Assembly (NCBI GenBank): GCA_012295275.1 | Contig: CM022676.1 | Location: 7,502,001-7,566,000, forward strand | Direction of reading: 5' to 3' | Source of the DNA: Chrysomallon squamiferum | Lineage: Eukaryota > Animalia > Mollusca | Length of the DNA stretch: 64,000 bases | Shown: positions 26,281 to 40,061 of the stretch, one piece after another | Layout of the letters: every line of letters starts with the position of its first letter | Position numbering within the stretch: position 1 is the first letter of the stretch | Made by a program: the position numbers and the translations under genes | Notes under the pieces: model-generated | Seen by the model: the letters and a program-made list of their open reading frames with translations, nothing else | What the model was told of the DNA's origin: nothing | Databases searched by the model: none

Positions 26281-26670
26281 CACCTCTCCATTTAATTAGT
26301 TGATATTAAAGTAACGACGTTGAGACACCGAGACAACATTTTACTGCCAGCAACATATACATTAATATATATAGATTATATATATATATTGTAGTGAGTA
26401 GTGGGACAAACTGGTTGCAAAATAAAACATAAACTGTAAACACTTTAATTAGATACTCAAAATCAGTGTACGTGTTTTTGTTCTGATTTCAGTGATAAGT
26501 AATTAGTCAAATTGTTAAATATTTTTTAATATTTAACTTTTAGAGGCTGTTGTTTCAAAATTGCCAGCTTGACGAAATCCCGATTTTTGAGGGCCCATTC
26601 CAAAGTTATTATTATTATAATTTTTTTTCATCTCTTTGCTGAGTTGGTAAAACCATTAACTTACGGCTAG

Positions 26671-26751
<81 letters not shown>

Positions 26752-27869
26752 GTAGTAGTAGTAGTAGTATTAGTATTAGTATTAGTAATAGTATTAGTTT
26801 TAGTGATATTAAAATAGTAAAGAAATAAAATAAAGAAATGAAATATTAAAATGTTCAAAGAAATAAAATAAATAAATAAAATATTTGAATCTTAGAATTT
26901 TTAACATACATATTTTTTGTACCAAATCAGACAGAATGAAGAGATGTAGATGATAAACTACATTTAGAAGGAATAAATTAGAAAATCTGAATCGTTACTT
27001 TTAGGGGATGATCAGGTAAATATAACACTGGGTAGAGTAAGGAGACTCAGTTCTCGAGCCTGACTGAATGTAATTTCGCATACACAGACATAAGAATGTG
27101 TTTCTATTGCTGTACCGATGTGTGAATGTGTGTGTGTGTGTGTGTGTGTATATTTGTGTGTGTGTGTGTAAATAAATACACCCACTCAGACACACATATA
27201 AGTTAAAAAGTCAATATGCTTAAGTGTATCATTTTACATATACATTATCTCTACCTGTATATATATATCTATCTATATAGATATCTGTCCATCTATCTGT
27301 CTATTTATATAGATATCTATCTAGATGTCTATCAATCATCTATATACATACACAGACGTAAGAATGTGTTTCTATAGCTAGATGTACCGATGTGTGAATG
27401 TGCATGTGTTTCTGTATATATATATATGTATGTATGTATGTATTTAATTTTATTTTTAGAGATTCGAGTTGACTTAAAGTTGACCATTGTAATATATATT
27501 ACAGTGCGCTTTCGTCCTTTTGCCACATATTTATTACTTTGCTTCCATATTTTATTTACATAGATAAAACTTTTAAAAACTTTATACAAAAACGTTCAGA
27601 GATGTATAAAAATACTTTTCCACAACAAAATAAATATATTTAAAACTTTCAGAAACTATTTGAAAATAGTTCTCAAAACTATAAAATAGATAATATTGTA
27701 ACATTTAATAAACTACACTTGAAGAAAAATTCATTTGAAAAAAATTCATTTGAAAAAAACAATACATTTCAAATACTATTTAGAAGGTATCGAAATCTGT
27801 AATAAACGCAACATTTCATTAAAAAAAATATAATAATAAAAATAAAAGTAAGTAAATAAATAAATAAAT

Positions 27870-27948
<79 letters not shown>

Positions 27949-29384
27949 CGTGTATATATGTATATATATGTGTTTATATGTATGCATAAATGAGCGTATG
28001 TATGTACGTTTCTAGGAAGGTACGTTATTGTTTACGCTGTCTATACGTACGGATGTATGTATGTATGTCTGTATATATATTTATTTATATATATATATAT
28101 ATATTTATTTATTTATATGTGTATGTACGTATATATTTATATCTGTGTATATGCATAGTATGCATATATATGCACACATACGTTGTTGCATACATAATTA
28201 TATGTTTACACATACTTAGGCAGTGAGCTGGTGAATGGATGGATGGACGGATATATGGACACAATAATATAAAGAATATAAGAAAAATCAGACAGAGAAA
28301 CAGAAAAATACAGAATTACAGAAAGAAAAAAAAAGAGGAGAGGTGTGTAAAATCAGAATGGTTGAAGTACAAAAATCGATGGAGAAAGTGTTAAATGAAG
28401 AAAGACACACAAACAGACGAACAGATTTAGAAAACAAAAATTAAAACTTTATTTTAGAGTAAGAAGCAAAATTCTAAAATATAACAGATAAATGGAAAAT
28501 TTGTTTCCTCTCTCCAAGAAAAATATTCACAGAATAGCGGACACACAAACAAACCTGCTATATGATAAAGTTAGATAATATAATTATCAAAACAGATTAC
28601 ACTCTAGTTTAATAGTTACTTCTGTTTCCTTTTCCTATTTCCTGTTCTAACTGCATGCTCAATATTCGTTTAACACATTTTATATCACTTTAACCAGACA
28701 CAAATGCAACAATATGCAATTTTTTTATATTTTTTTTATTAATAATTCCTCTTGATAATATGTAAAATCAACAATTTACATCTCCTGTACATTTGTAGAA
28801 ATAAGAAAACGCGGATAAAGAAAAGAAAAGATTACTTAAATCTTCTTAGTACAAAAGAGGTAAGTTTAGTAAAAGTTATATTTTAGTAATGCATTAACAG
28901 TTCAGGACATGGCAAAAGAAAAGAAGAAAACAACAACAACAACAACAACAACAACAAAAAACACACGAAAAAAACCAAAGCGAAATATTCCAAACAAGAA
29001 ACTTAAATCTACCTCACCAACAACCACAATCACCAGGACAACACAGTTTATTTGTAGAAGAAAAGATCACCAAACAAATAAATGCAACAACCTTGACCTA
29101 CAACAGATCTTGTGTACTGTGGAATTGTTTCAGATATTCTTGTCATGTACTACACTGGTCACAAGACAAAACTGTATTCTCGTCTTGAATTCAGAACCTT
29201 CCTGGTAATTTCGTCTTATCTAATTTTAATACTTTACCTTGTCATCCACTATCCTGGAAAACAAGAATGAACACTGAATCTCCACGGGTTGAACACTTCC
29301 TGCCTTTAATTTAATCATTAACCATCCCAAAACAACAACATGTGCATGTGTGTGTGTGTGTATGTGTGTGTGTGTTGAACTTAC

Positions 29385-29429
29385 CAGAATCCGGAGCAAT
29401 ACTGTAGGAAACGTTGATTTGTGCTGATT
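29385..29429 (-). pseudogene. Orphan cytoplasmic exon 2 copy with 2-nt deletion
   Basis: 45-nt copy of the 47-nt exon at 53106-53152, with AG/GT retained and the frame broken. Confidence 0.7.
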
Positions 29430-30687
29430 CTGATATTTAACACACACACACATACACATAAAATACATACTTACGTACATATATTTATGAGTATCTGAGT
29501 TAATGTCATTTAGCAACTGTGAAATCTGGGTGGAGTCATCATTATGTTTGGATGATGATTAAGTCCTGGAAAGCAGAACAGTTGGATAATGTTCGTAATG
29601 ATGCAGTGTAAGATAATTCAGTGTTAATTATTACGTGTATCACTCTGTAACAACAGGCAGATGTTGTACAGCAGTATATTTTAATACAGTGAATTTATGA
29701 TTACGCTGATAGGACCAGTTTATAAATAAGATTATGATTTAATAACACTTGATTTTTATATTATATTCCTAACCAGCGTAGACTTAGGTTTTCTCTATAT
29801 AATTTGTTTATAGATTAGACTTCGATAGTTTCACTCAATGACGCAAAATAGTGTCGAGATTGAACTGGAATGAAGTACAGTGATAATAATATTACTTAAA
29901 GTTATATCAAACAATATAATAAGATACTTTACAATAATATAATATTGCACGATGTAATATCATAAGAACACAATAGAAAAAATATAGTGACTTGGCAGAA
30001 AGAATATTAGGTGTCTGGGGTCACATTTTTTGTGCGTCTTCTTCCATCCATGGCTGGCTTTAAACAGGGTTGTAGAGATACAATATATCAAATTAAAAGT
30101 GACCAAGTCATGTCATGCGGTAAGAAATAAAACTGTCAAACAGCCAAATTCAAAATGGCCGCCCTTTACCTGTTGACAATACCCAGTTTATTATGAAATA
30201 ACACCTGAGAATTTGCACAAACAGTTTTCATTATTAAAAATGAACACGCACGCACACACACACACATACACATATACAAATCTGTGTTTGTATATATATA
30301 CACACACACACACAACATATAAAGATGGATGAGCATACGCACATCATATGTATTTACTCACCTACTTACTTACAAAGAAAAAAAGAAGTGCATTCAGCAT
30401 ACATACATGCATGGATACATACTACATACATACATACATATATACATACATATATACATACATGCATACATACATACATACATACGTAACCACTTATCTA
30501 CATACACGTTGCTATAATATAAATAAATACATATGTACATATATGCACACAGGCATAACCTCCAAAAAAAAAAACATTACACCCCACAAACAAATAAAAA
30601 CAAAACCCCTCACAAAACGTACTGAACAAAATCAAGTATTCAAAATATAACGGGAGTAAAACTATAAAGTGGGGAAAAGTAATAATA

Positions 30688-30765
<78 letters not shown>

Positions 30766-31109
30766 CAACAACAACGACAACAAAAAAGCACGAAAACAAA
30801 CAAACGAAAAAGAAAAATCAAATAGAGATTGAATAACAGGTTCAGGCTGAAAGGTTAGTAAATGTGATTGTCAGAAATGAGTTTTGAAAGAAAATAAGAC
30901 AGAACAATAACAAATCACTATACACAGAAATAGTTTACGTAAAGTCGTTGAATATTTTGATATCACAGACTGGTGTATGTTGAGAATGGTACAACAGAAT
31001 AGAAACATTGTTATTTCGCACATTTTTATATAATTATCTACGTTATATGTGTATGTATACACACACGGATTTAGATGTATACTCAAAAAATAAGAATACA
31101 GGACGCGCG

Positions 31110-31160
<51 letters not shown>

Positions 31161-32045
31161 TCACACATTCTTGTATAACCGAACACAATCAGAAAGATTA
31201 TTGTATAACCGAACAGTTTAGAAAGACTATGCTACACAATAGTTTGGCAGAAAGACTATCATGTGCTTTGGGTTAGATCTTTTGTGCGTCGTCTTCCATC
31301 CATTGCAAGTTTTAGAGTGTAGAGTTACAACATAACACAGTAAAACGGGTTTGTTTGTCATGATAGAAGAAACATAACTTGACAAGCAGCCAAATTCAAA
31401 ATGGCCGCCCTTTGTTTCTTTGCAGCACCCAGTTTATTATTAAATATCACATGAGAATTTGCACAAACATTTCTCATTATTAAAAACGAACAAAAAGGCG
31501 GGCGCGCGCAGACACACACACACAAATGTACATATATACATACATACATATAAACATAAACGAACATACGCACATACACATATATTTAATTACCTACTTA
31601 CATAGGTACATACACAAAAAACAACAAAAAACACAACAACAACAACACAACAACAAACAAACACCTTCAGCATACATACATGCAGACATACATACATTTA
31701 TACATACGTAACAACTTATCTACATACCTGCAAATACACAAATACATATTTCTACAATATAAAATTCCTACATACGTGCATATATACACACAGGCATAAA
31801 CCCTCGCCGAAAAAAAAAACATAACAAAAAAGTAAACAAAAAAACAAATAAACGTATTGAAGAAAATCAAGTATTCAAAATATAACGCTGTATGGCAAGT
31901 TTAAGATCTGGATTCAATTCTGTGAATTTAATTTAATAATAAAAATGTATAACAACCCAGAGGTTAATTTAATTGTATTTACATTTTATTTTATTTTATT
32001 TTATTTTATTTTATTTTGTTTTGTTTAATTTATTTATAATTTAAG

Positions 32046-32158
32046 GTCAGTATTATATGTTAACAACATCAGACAGATGTGCAGCTGTTGGATCACCTTT
32101 TACTTCTACTTGTCGAGAAATTCGTTTTCCAATTCTTTGTTCTATAATTGCTTGGTTT
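32046..32158 (+). pseudogene. Truncated V-like exon (5' third only)
   Basis: Near-identical to 2581-2695, then breaks into the antisense 3' end of gene C. Confidence 0.8.
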
Positions 32159-32226
32159 CAGAAAAGTGCCTTAAGAATCGTATGATTAACAAATAAACTT
32201 GTTTTCTTCTTTATTGTTTACTAATT

Positions 32227-32312
32227 TCATGTAGAAGGAGCGCTTTCAACATATACATGATAATATACAGTCTCTGTATCTTGATGTAGAGTTGGTCTCG
32301 CTGACTCATAGT
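32227..32312 (-). CDS. Gene C terminal exon (NYESARPTLHQDTETVYYHVYVESAPST*), ITSM-like TVYYHV
   Basis: catgtttcag|actat, TGA at 32227-32229, AATAAA just downstream (~32210-32215). Confidence 0.78.
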
Positions 32313-32388
32313 CTGAAACATGGAATGAAATTATATTTTAGTTTATATAAAAGTTGTCATATGTGGAGCAAAACAATAATCGCAATAA

Positions 32389-32425
<37 letters not shown>

Positions 32426-33090
32426 ATAAATACACACATGCGCACACAGACATATAAGTTAAAAAGTCAATATGATTAAGTGTATATTTTTATATATATG
32501 TATATATACCTATCTATCTATGTACAACACAGATATAAGAATGTGTTTGTCTAGCTGTATCGATGTGAGTTTGTGTGTGCGTGTATATGTACATTTTTTG
32601 TGCGTCTTCTTCCATTCATGGCTGGTTTTGAATAGAGCATAGAGTTACAAAATAACAGAGTAAAACTGATTAGTGACGTCATAACGTAAAAATCAAAACT
32701 TGACAATCAGCCATGTTGCCATGTTGCGATATCCTATAATATTAAATTATGTTGTATAGTATCATATCATATTCTATGACATTAATTTAAATTGTATTAT
32801 TAGCTCTGTTGTTCATTTCAATTTAATCAAGATAATATTTTGCCTCAGAATAGGAAACCACTGATGTTTAGTGTATAAAGAAATTACATACAGAAAACTT
32901 ACATCTAAGCTGGTTAGGATAGAATATAAAAATCAAGTGTTATTAAATCATAATTTTATTTATAAACTGGTCCTATCAGCGTAATCATAAATTCACTGTA
33001 TTAATGTGTTCTGAGGTGCAATATCTGCCTGCTGTTTCACAATCACACAGATAATAAATCAGTTAATGAAATTAGGACTATTTATCCAAG

Positions 33091-33156
<66 letters not shown>

Positions 33157-33464
33157 TGTAGTTATGTACATATATGTATGTATGTATTCATGAACGTATG
33201 TGTGCGTATATAAGCATGTATGTATTTTATTTATCTCTAGAGATTCGAGTTGGCTTGAAGCTGACCACTGCAATGTATATTACAATATGATTTGATTATT
33301 TGGCTATATATTTATTATTTTGCTATCATATGTTAAAAACATTAAATATAGCCTGACATTTTATTAACCTTGTTTAATTTTTTATGAAACTGCCTTACGA
33401 AGTGTATGATTAAGTAATAATAATCCTTTTCTTGTTTTCAGTTCATTAATATCAATTCACTTAC

Positions 33465-33569
33465 TGTCAGGCGTTATGACGGTTTCTGGAACGTCATTTC
33501 GTCTTTCCTCTATAGAAGCATATGGATTCTCTGTGTCTTGATCTACAGGCGCTGGCACAATCTGATTAT
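33465..33569 (-). CDS. Gene C cytoplasmic exon 3 (YNQIVPAPVDQDTENPYASIEERRNDVPETVITPD)
   Basis: catgtttcag|ataat ... gaca|gtaagt, 105 nt, phase 1-1. Confidence 0.8.
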
Positions 33570-34048
33570 CTGAAACATGGAATGAAATTATGTTTTTGTT
33601 TATATAAAGAATGTGCAGAGATAAAAATACTCGCTTTAATATGTACGTTTGAGTGTGTACGTGTGTGTATGTGTGTGCACAAATATACGAACGCGCTCGC
33701 ACACACAATCAAATGTATAACAATTTAAAAAGTGAATGTTTAAGTGTATATTTTTACATATAACTCATCTCTCGCTCTATGCATATACACATAATAATGT
33801 GTTTTCATAGATACATCGATGTATGAATGTTTGTATGTAATAGGTGAACATATATGTATGTATATGTATGCATTTACTTATGTATGTTTGTGTATTTTAG
33901 GATTTGAATATTTTCTGTCTTATGCACGTCTGATTAGACTCTGCACACAGACAATATTCGGAAAGACACTGGCGCACGAGGTAATCACCGCTGTATATAT
34001 CTGTGTGTGTTTATGTGTGTGTTTGTGTGTGTATGTGTGTGAACTTAC

Positions 34049-34095
34049 ATGAATCAGGAATAACACTGTATGAAACACCTTCATTTGTGCCGATT
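34049..34095 (-). CDS. Gene C cytoplasmic exon 2 (RIGTNEGVSYSVIPDS), ITIM VSYSVI
   Basis: tttcag|aatcg ... tcat|gtaagt, 47 nt. The frame is fixed by the phase-2 end of the upstream micro-exon. Confidence 0.8.
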
Positions 34096-34432
34096 CTGAA
34101 ACTTTATACAGACACAAAACGTATATTTATTCAAATGTAAGTAATATATATTACATATACATTGACGCAATAATCCGAGGACGTACACAAGAATGTAAAC
34201 ATACATACCTATATATACACTATACACTCATACACACATATATTACATGAATATATGCATGTTACATATATCGACGTGAACATACACACATACGTACATA
34301 CACAAATACATACACGCACAACATACATAGATATATACGTAGACACACAGAGAATGACATACATACGTACATAAACAAATTAATTATTTTACAGATAAAA
34401 AGACATTAATAGAGGTTTATTAATTAATTTAC

Positions 34433-34466
34433 CTTTCAGCGTTCGACCTTTTTACCGTTTTGTCTC
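34433..34466 (-). CDS. Gene C cytoplasmic micro-exon 1 (RDKTVKRSNAE)
   Basis: ttgcag|gagac ... gaaag|gtaaat, 34 nt, phase 1 to 2. Confidence 0.75.
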
Positions 34467-34470
34467 CTGC

Positions 34471-34525
<55 letters not shown>

Positions 34526-34906
34526 TACTTATTACGTCAGCCATATCATTATCAGGTGACAAAAATGCACAGGTGATCTGGAAAACAGGTTTGATAACTC
34601 TATTAAAAGTAATTGTGTCAGTTAGACTTGATTTATCTCCTCTTCAGTCTATAGGTAAATGTAATTCAAATACTAAAACAAATAAACAAATATACATACT
34701 AATAAAGAAACAAACAAATGAATGAAAGAATGAACGAACGAGCAAATGGATGAATGAATACATAAAGAAAGAATATAAAATAAAATAAATAAAATAACAA
34801 TGAAACAAATAAACAAACAAATAAACAAACAAGCAAATAAATAAATATATAAAGAACGAATAAATAAATAAATAAATAAATAAATAAGTAACACATAAAT
34901 CATTAC

Positions 34907-35023
34907 TTCTTTTGTATCCTAAGTAGATAACAACGACAGTTATAATGATTACAGACAGAGAAAAGAAAATTCCAAAACTGCTGACAAATCCTTTTCCAAA
35001 CTGACTGCTGTCTTCTACAGCAC
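34907..35023 (-). CDS. Gene C transmembrane exon
   Basis: AVEDSSQFGKGFVSSFGIFFSLSVIIITVVVIYLGYKR, tttcag| ... |gtaatg. Confidence 0.85.
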
Positions 35024-35720
35024 CTGAAATTCATTAATAAAATTAAATTGTGAGATTAAGTTCATATATTATTAGATATCTTCAGTAGACAGGCAATTTC
35101 TATTTCCTTCTGTTAATATATCTTCATAAAGTAGGTAATTATTTATTTGCTATTGTTAAGGTATCTTTCATTTAAGGTTGTTTTTTTTGTTTGTTTTCTG
35201 TATGTCGTTATTTATTTCACACTTTCTACGTCATTGTTTGTACTTCAACTCTTCTATAATTCTGCATTTATCCGTTCATAAATATATAATTATGTGTGCA
35301 AGAACATATGTATGTGTGTGTATGTGTGTGTATATATATATATATATATGTACGTACGTATACACATACATAGATACACATACATACATAGATACACATA
35401 CACACATAGATATATAGATATAGCCATACATACATATATATATATATACACACACACACACATACACTATGCATAGATATACATACACATCCAGGCAGAA
35501 GAAAACAATAACATACATTCCTAAACAGGTACATTTACATATACATATATAAACGGACACAGATATGTACATCAGTCTGTCTATTTATATCTATGCATGT
35601 CTATCAGTCTATTTCTATTTGTTTATATATCAATCTGTCTTCCTATTCAGATATTTTTATATAAAAGGTTTATAATCTCTGTTCAAAATAAAATGGACAA
35701 TAAAATGAATTAAAACTTAC

Positions 35721-35981
35721 TCTCAACATTAATAATAATTTTGGTATTTGCTGTTTCGTTCGTATCCGGATTAACAGCAATGCATGTGTAGACGCCATCT
35801 TGAAATCTCGTGATACTAGTCAGTGCCAGTAGTCCGTTGTTACTGACAGTCTGATTATTCCATTCCCATTTGAAAAGGCATCTAATAAAACAGTCGGCTT
35901 GGCATGATATTCTGACGTCACTTCCTTCCTCTACAGCGATGTCAGATGAAGAATTGATTCGAAGTGAGCTACCGGGACCGT
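35721..35981 (-). CDS. Gene C C2/I-like Ig exon (domain 4), intact
   Basis: tcatag|acggt ... gaga|gtaagt, 261 nt, DGPGSSLRIN...CQADCFIRCLFKW...QDGVYTCIAVN. Confidence 0.88.
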
Positions 35982-36158
35982 CTATGAAAAAAAAAAAAAA
36001 AAAGCCAAAGAGTTTTTTTTTTGTCATCATTATCCTATTCATACAATCATCATAATAATTGTTATTGTTATAGCTGTTGATACCGTTGTTGTTGTCGTCG
36101 TTATTATTATTATTATTACATTATTATTGTTGTTGTTGTTATTATTAAATTAATATGC

Positions 36159-36455
36159 CTCTAACTTTCAATACGACTGCGTTACTTGAATATCGGTGAT
36201 CGGTATCTTCACATCGCCAAATATCTCCTTGTTGATTTCTGTTGACAGATGTTATAGTAACCAGAAACCTATTACGTAAACATTTGAAAGTGTAATTTCC
36301 ACTAAAACGTGACTTAATATCACAGTGTCCGAACCCAGAATTTAACACGTGATAGGTGACGTCATTCACAAGCCACGTGATGCGAACTGAATTTTGGAAC
36401 GTAAAAGAAAGTCCTATGATAGCGTATTGCGCGGACCCTCGAAGTTCTGGCGATC
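36159..36455 (-). pseudogene. Gene C domain-3 pseudo-exon
   Basis: Acceptor ttcag mutated to ttcgg, donor gt changed to gc, and a 15-nt deletion removes the first Ig cysteine. Confidence 0.78.
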
Positions 36456-36674
36456 CCGAAAATAAACTTTAAACAATAAACAAAAAAGCGCGCGCACCTA
36501 CTCACAAACACACAGACACGCACACTTAAATACACACTTAATGCAATCTATAATGGATATTCGCAAGTAAAACGATTATCACTGGTTGTGTGATATATTA
36601 AACATAGACCTCTAACAAGTACTAAGTTGTCTGTTTATTTTGTCATTTTTAATTTTACTGTAACTTTTACTTAC

Positions 36675-36935
36675 GATGTACAGTCAAATTAAGTGTTTTA
36701 CTGGCTGTTTTATTCGTATCTCGATTCTCAGTCGTACACACATAGGAACCTAGTTGTGATTTATTAATATCAGCCAATGAGAGAATGCTCGTGTTACTTA
36801 TGACGTCATCTACGCGCTTCCACTGATAATTGCACGTGATAAAACACGTCGCTGAACAAGACACTGTGACGTCACTTCCTTCCATAGCAGTGAGATCAGA
36901 AGAAGTATTCAGCTTGAGTGATGTTCCAGGACCAT
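36675..36935 (-). pseudogene. Gene C domain-2 exon, open frame but acceptor AG lost
   Basis: cttttta|atggtcct here versus ttcag|atggtcct in gene A. Donor gtaagt is intact and the frame is open. Confidence 0.65.
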
Positions 36936-37103
36936 TAAAAAGAAAGACGTTGTCAACATCAACATCATCATCGCCAGCATTATTATCATCGTCGTCATAT
37001 TTTTGTTTTGTTCTTACTGATAGAGATTTTGTGGGGTTGTGATGTAGTGGTGATGTAGTGTTTGACTTGTTGATGTTAATATTACAATTTCTATTACTGT
37101 CAC

Positions 37104-37168
<65 letters not shown>

Positions 37169-37188
37169 TTTTTTTTTTTTTTTATTTA

Positions 37189-37219
<31 letters not shown>

Positions 37220-37639
37220 TATTTTTTTCAATAAATAAATAAATAAATAAAAAAAAATAAGTAAAAAAAATTTCTAAATGTTGGTATGTACACACAGGTA
37301 TAATTCTTCATATACGTTAGAGCATACGAACGTATCTGTTTAATCATAGAGTTAGGCTGGACATTCTTTCACGTAAAAATATAGACTTACTTAGATATTA
37401 AAATATATTAATAATTCTTATCTTGTGTAATTATAATCTATTTCAAATATTATTTTGTTTTATTGAGATGCATTGCTTAGTTATCATTAACAGTACATAT
37501 TTCCTAGAAAGATAATTATAAACATGAAATTGATAATACATGTGACTTCTAGTATTGTTTTCTTTTATTGAGATGCTTTGTTTAGTTATCATTAGCAGAA
37601 TATATTACCAACAATGGTAATAATAAAACTGATTTTTAC

Positions 37640-37951
37640 CTCTCACTTCGAGTTTTATTTCATTGCTGCGTCGTACATCATCACCACATCTCCACACTGT
37701 TCCATGTTGACTGAGGTTGACAGATTTTACTATGAGGAGATTTGTATCATTTGAGCAGTTAAAAATGTATTCTTTTGGATGTTCACCCAAAACATAACAC
37801 TGAGTATAGTTTTCTATTAGACGAATCCTGTATTCTGTGTTATTCACGAACCAGGTAATGTTAGGAGAAGGAAAATCACTCTGACAGGTGAAAGTAAAAA
37901 GTGATCCAACAAGTGCATATGGGCCTGATGTTGTTAATGTATACTGTTGAC
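37640..37951 (-). CDS. Gene C V cassette 1 (proximal) V-like exon
   Basis: 312 nt open, AG/GT, GQQYTLTTSGPY...C...W...RLIENYTQCYVLGEHPKEYIFNC...WRCGDDVRRS...LEVR. Confidence 0.88.
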
Positions 37952-38530
37952 CTTAAATTAGAAGAAACAAATTTAAAAAAATTAATTAAAATTAGAATTA
38001 AAATTAAAATAAATTAATCTAAACAAAATAATTGTTTTTGTAATTACATATTTTCTATATTACAGTACGCTGTGTAATTGACTGTGATTTTATGCAGTTA
38101 TGTTATGGTATGTTATGTTGACTTATATTACACTACATCCTATTATATCATATCGTATCATATTGTATTATTTTCTGTAGTAGTATATTATATTGTACGA
38201 TACTATTTTATATTATCAAAATTGCTTTTCATTCTCGTTTAATCGTTATGTTTTGCGCCAAAATAAGAAACTGCTGAGATTTAGTATATAGATAAATATA
38301 TACGAAATCATGAATTCACTGTATTAGTGTGTTCTGCGTTATCATGAATTCACTTTATTAATGTGTACAATGTCTGCTTATATTTACAGTCACGAAGGTA
38401 ATAAATCAGATAATAAAATTAAGACTATTTATCCATAACCATCGTCCATACATAACACCAACTCCACCCAGATTTCAGTTACTAAATGAGATTAACTTAG
38501 AGATAAATAATCTGAATATAAAATACATAC

Positions 38531-38588
38531 CTTGTACGTACAATACACATCTCAGTAACACGAACAAACAGAACAACTTACAACTCAT
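38531..38588 (-). CDS. Leader exon L1 (MSCKLFCLFVLLRCVLYVQG)
   Basis: ATG and donor intact; usage unknown. Confidence 0.65.
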
Positions 38589-38630
38589 TTCCAGTATTTT
38601 AGTTTTCACTTCCGTTAATAAAAATAAAAA

Positions 38631-38678
<48 letters not shown>

Positions 38679-39165
38679 TTATCTTTTCTTCACTACTTTC
38701 TGGATTATGTTGAAGTGTTGGTGGTGATGTAGTGTTTGAGTTGTTGATGTTGATATTACAATTTCTGTTGCTGTAACTACTATTTATTTATATATAAATA
38801 AATAAATAAGTAAATAAACATTTCTAAATGTTGGTATGTACACACAGGTATAATTCTTCTTGATATATGTTAGTGCATACAAACGTATCTGTTTAATCAT
38901 AGAGTTAGGCTGGACATTCTTTCACGTAAAAATATAGACTTACTTAGATATTAAAATATATTAATAATTCTTATCTTGTGTAATTATAATCTATTTCAAA
39001 TATTATTTTGTTTTATTTGCATTGAGATTTCCTAGAAAGATAATTATAAACATGAAATTGATAATACATGTGACTTCTTATTGTTTTCTTTTATTGAGAT
39101 GTATTGCTTAGTTATCATTAGCAGAATATATTACCAACAATGGTAATAATAAAACTGATTTTTAC

Positions 39166-39477
39166 CTCTCACTTCGAGTTTTATTTCATTGCTGCGTCGT
39201 ACATCATCACCACATCTCCACACTGTTCCATGTTGACTGAGGTTGACAGATTTTACTATGAGGAGATTTGTATCATTTGAGCAGTTAAAAATGTATTCTT
39301 TTGGATGTTCACCCAAAACATAACACTGAGTATAGTTTTCTATTACACGAATCCTGTATTCTGTGTTATTCACGAACCAGGTAATGTTAGGAGAAGGAAA
39401 ATCACTCTGACAGGTGAAAGTAAAAAGTGATCCAACAAGTGCATATCTATCTGATGTTGTTAATCTATACTGTTGAC
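39166..39477 (-). CDS. Gene C V cassette 2 V-like exon
   Basis: 312 nt open, AG/GT, ...CYVLGEHPKEYIFNC...WRCGDDVRRS. Confidence 0.88.
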
Positions 39478-40061
39478 CTTAAATTAGAAGAAACAAATTT
39501 AAAAAAATTAATTAAAATTAGAATTAAAATTAAAATAAATTAATCTAAACAAAATAATTGTTTTTGTAATTACATATTTTCTATATTACAGTACGCTGTG
39601 TAATTGACTGTGATTTTATGCAGTTGTGTTATGTTATGTTATGTTATGTTGACTTATATTACACTACATCCTATTATATCATATCGTATCATATTGTATT
39701 ATTTTCTGTAGTAGTATATTATATTGTACGATACTATTTTATATTATCAAAATTGCTTTTCATTCTCGTTTAATCTTTATGTTTTGCGCCAAAATAAGAA
39801 ACTGCTGAGATTTAGTATATAGATAAATATGTACGTAATCATGAATTCACTGTATTAGTGTGTTCTGCGTTATCATGAATTCACTTTATTAATGTGTACA
39901 ATGTCTGCTTATATTTACAGTCACGAAGGTAATAAATCAGATAATAAAATTAAGACTATTTATCCATAACCATCGTCCATACATAACACCAACTCCACCC
40001 AGATTTCAGTTACTAAATGAGATTAACTTAGAGATAAATAATCTGAATATAAAATACATAC

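Larger units (their letters stand above)
24900..32160. repeat. Segmental duplication copy 1 (partner ~45540-55400; its right part also matches ~570-2700)
   Basis: Collinear near-identical blocks including the Tc1 copy, (AAT)/(AG) tracts and the pre-V intron. Copy 1 lacks ~2.8 kb that is present at ~50230-53090. Confidence 0.85.
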
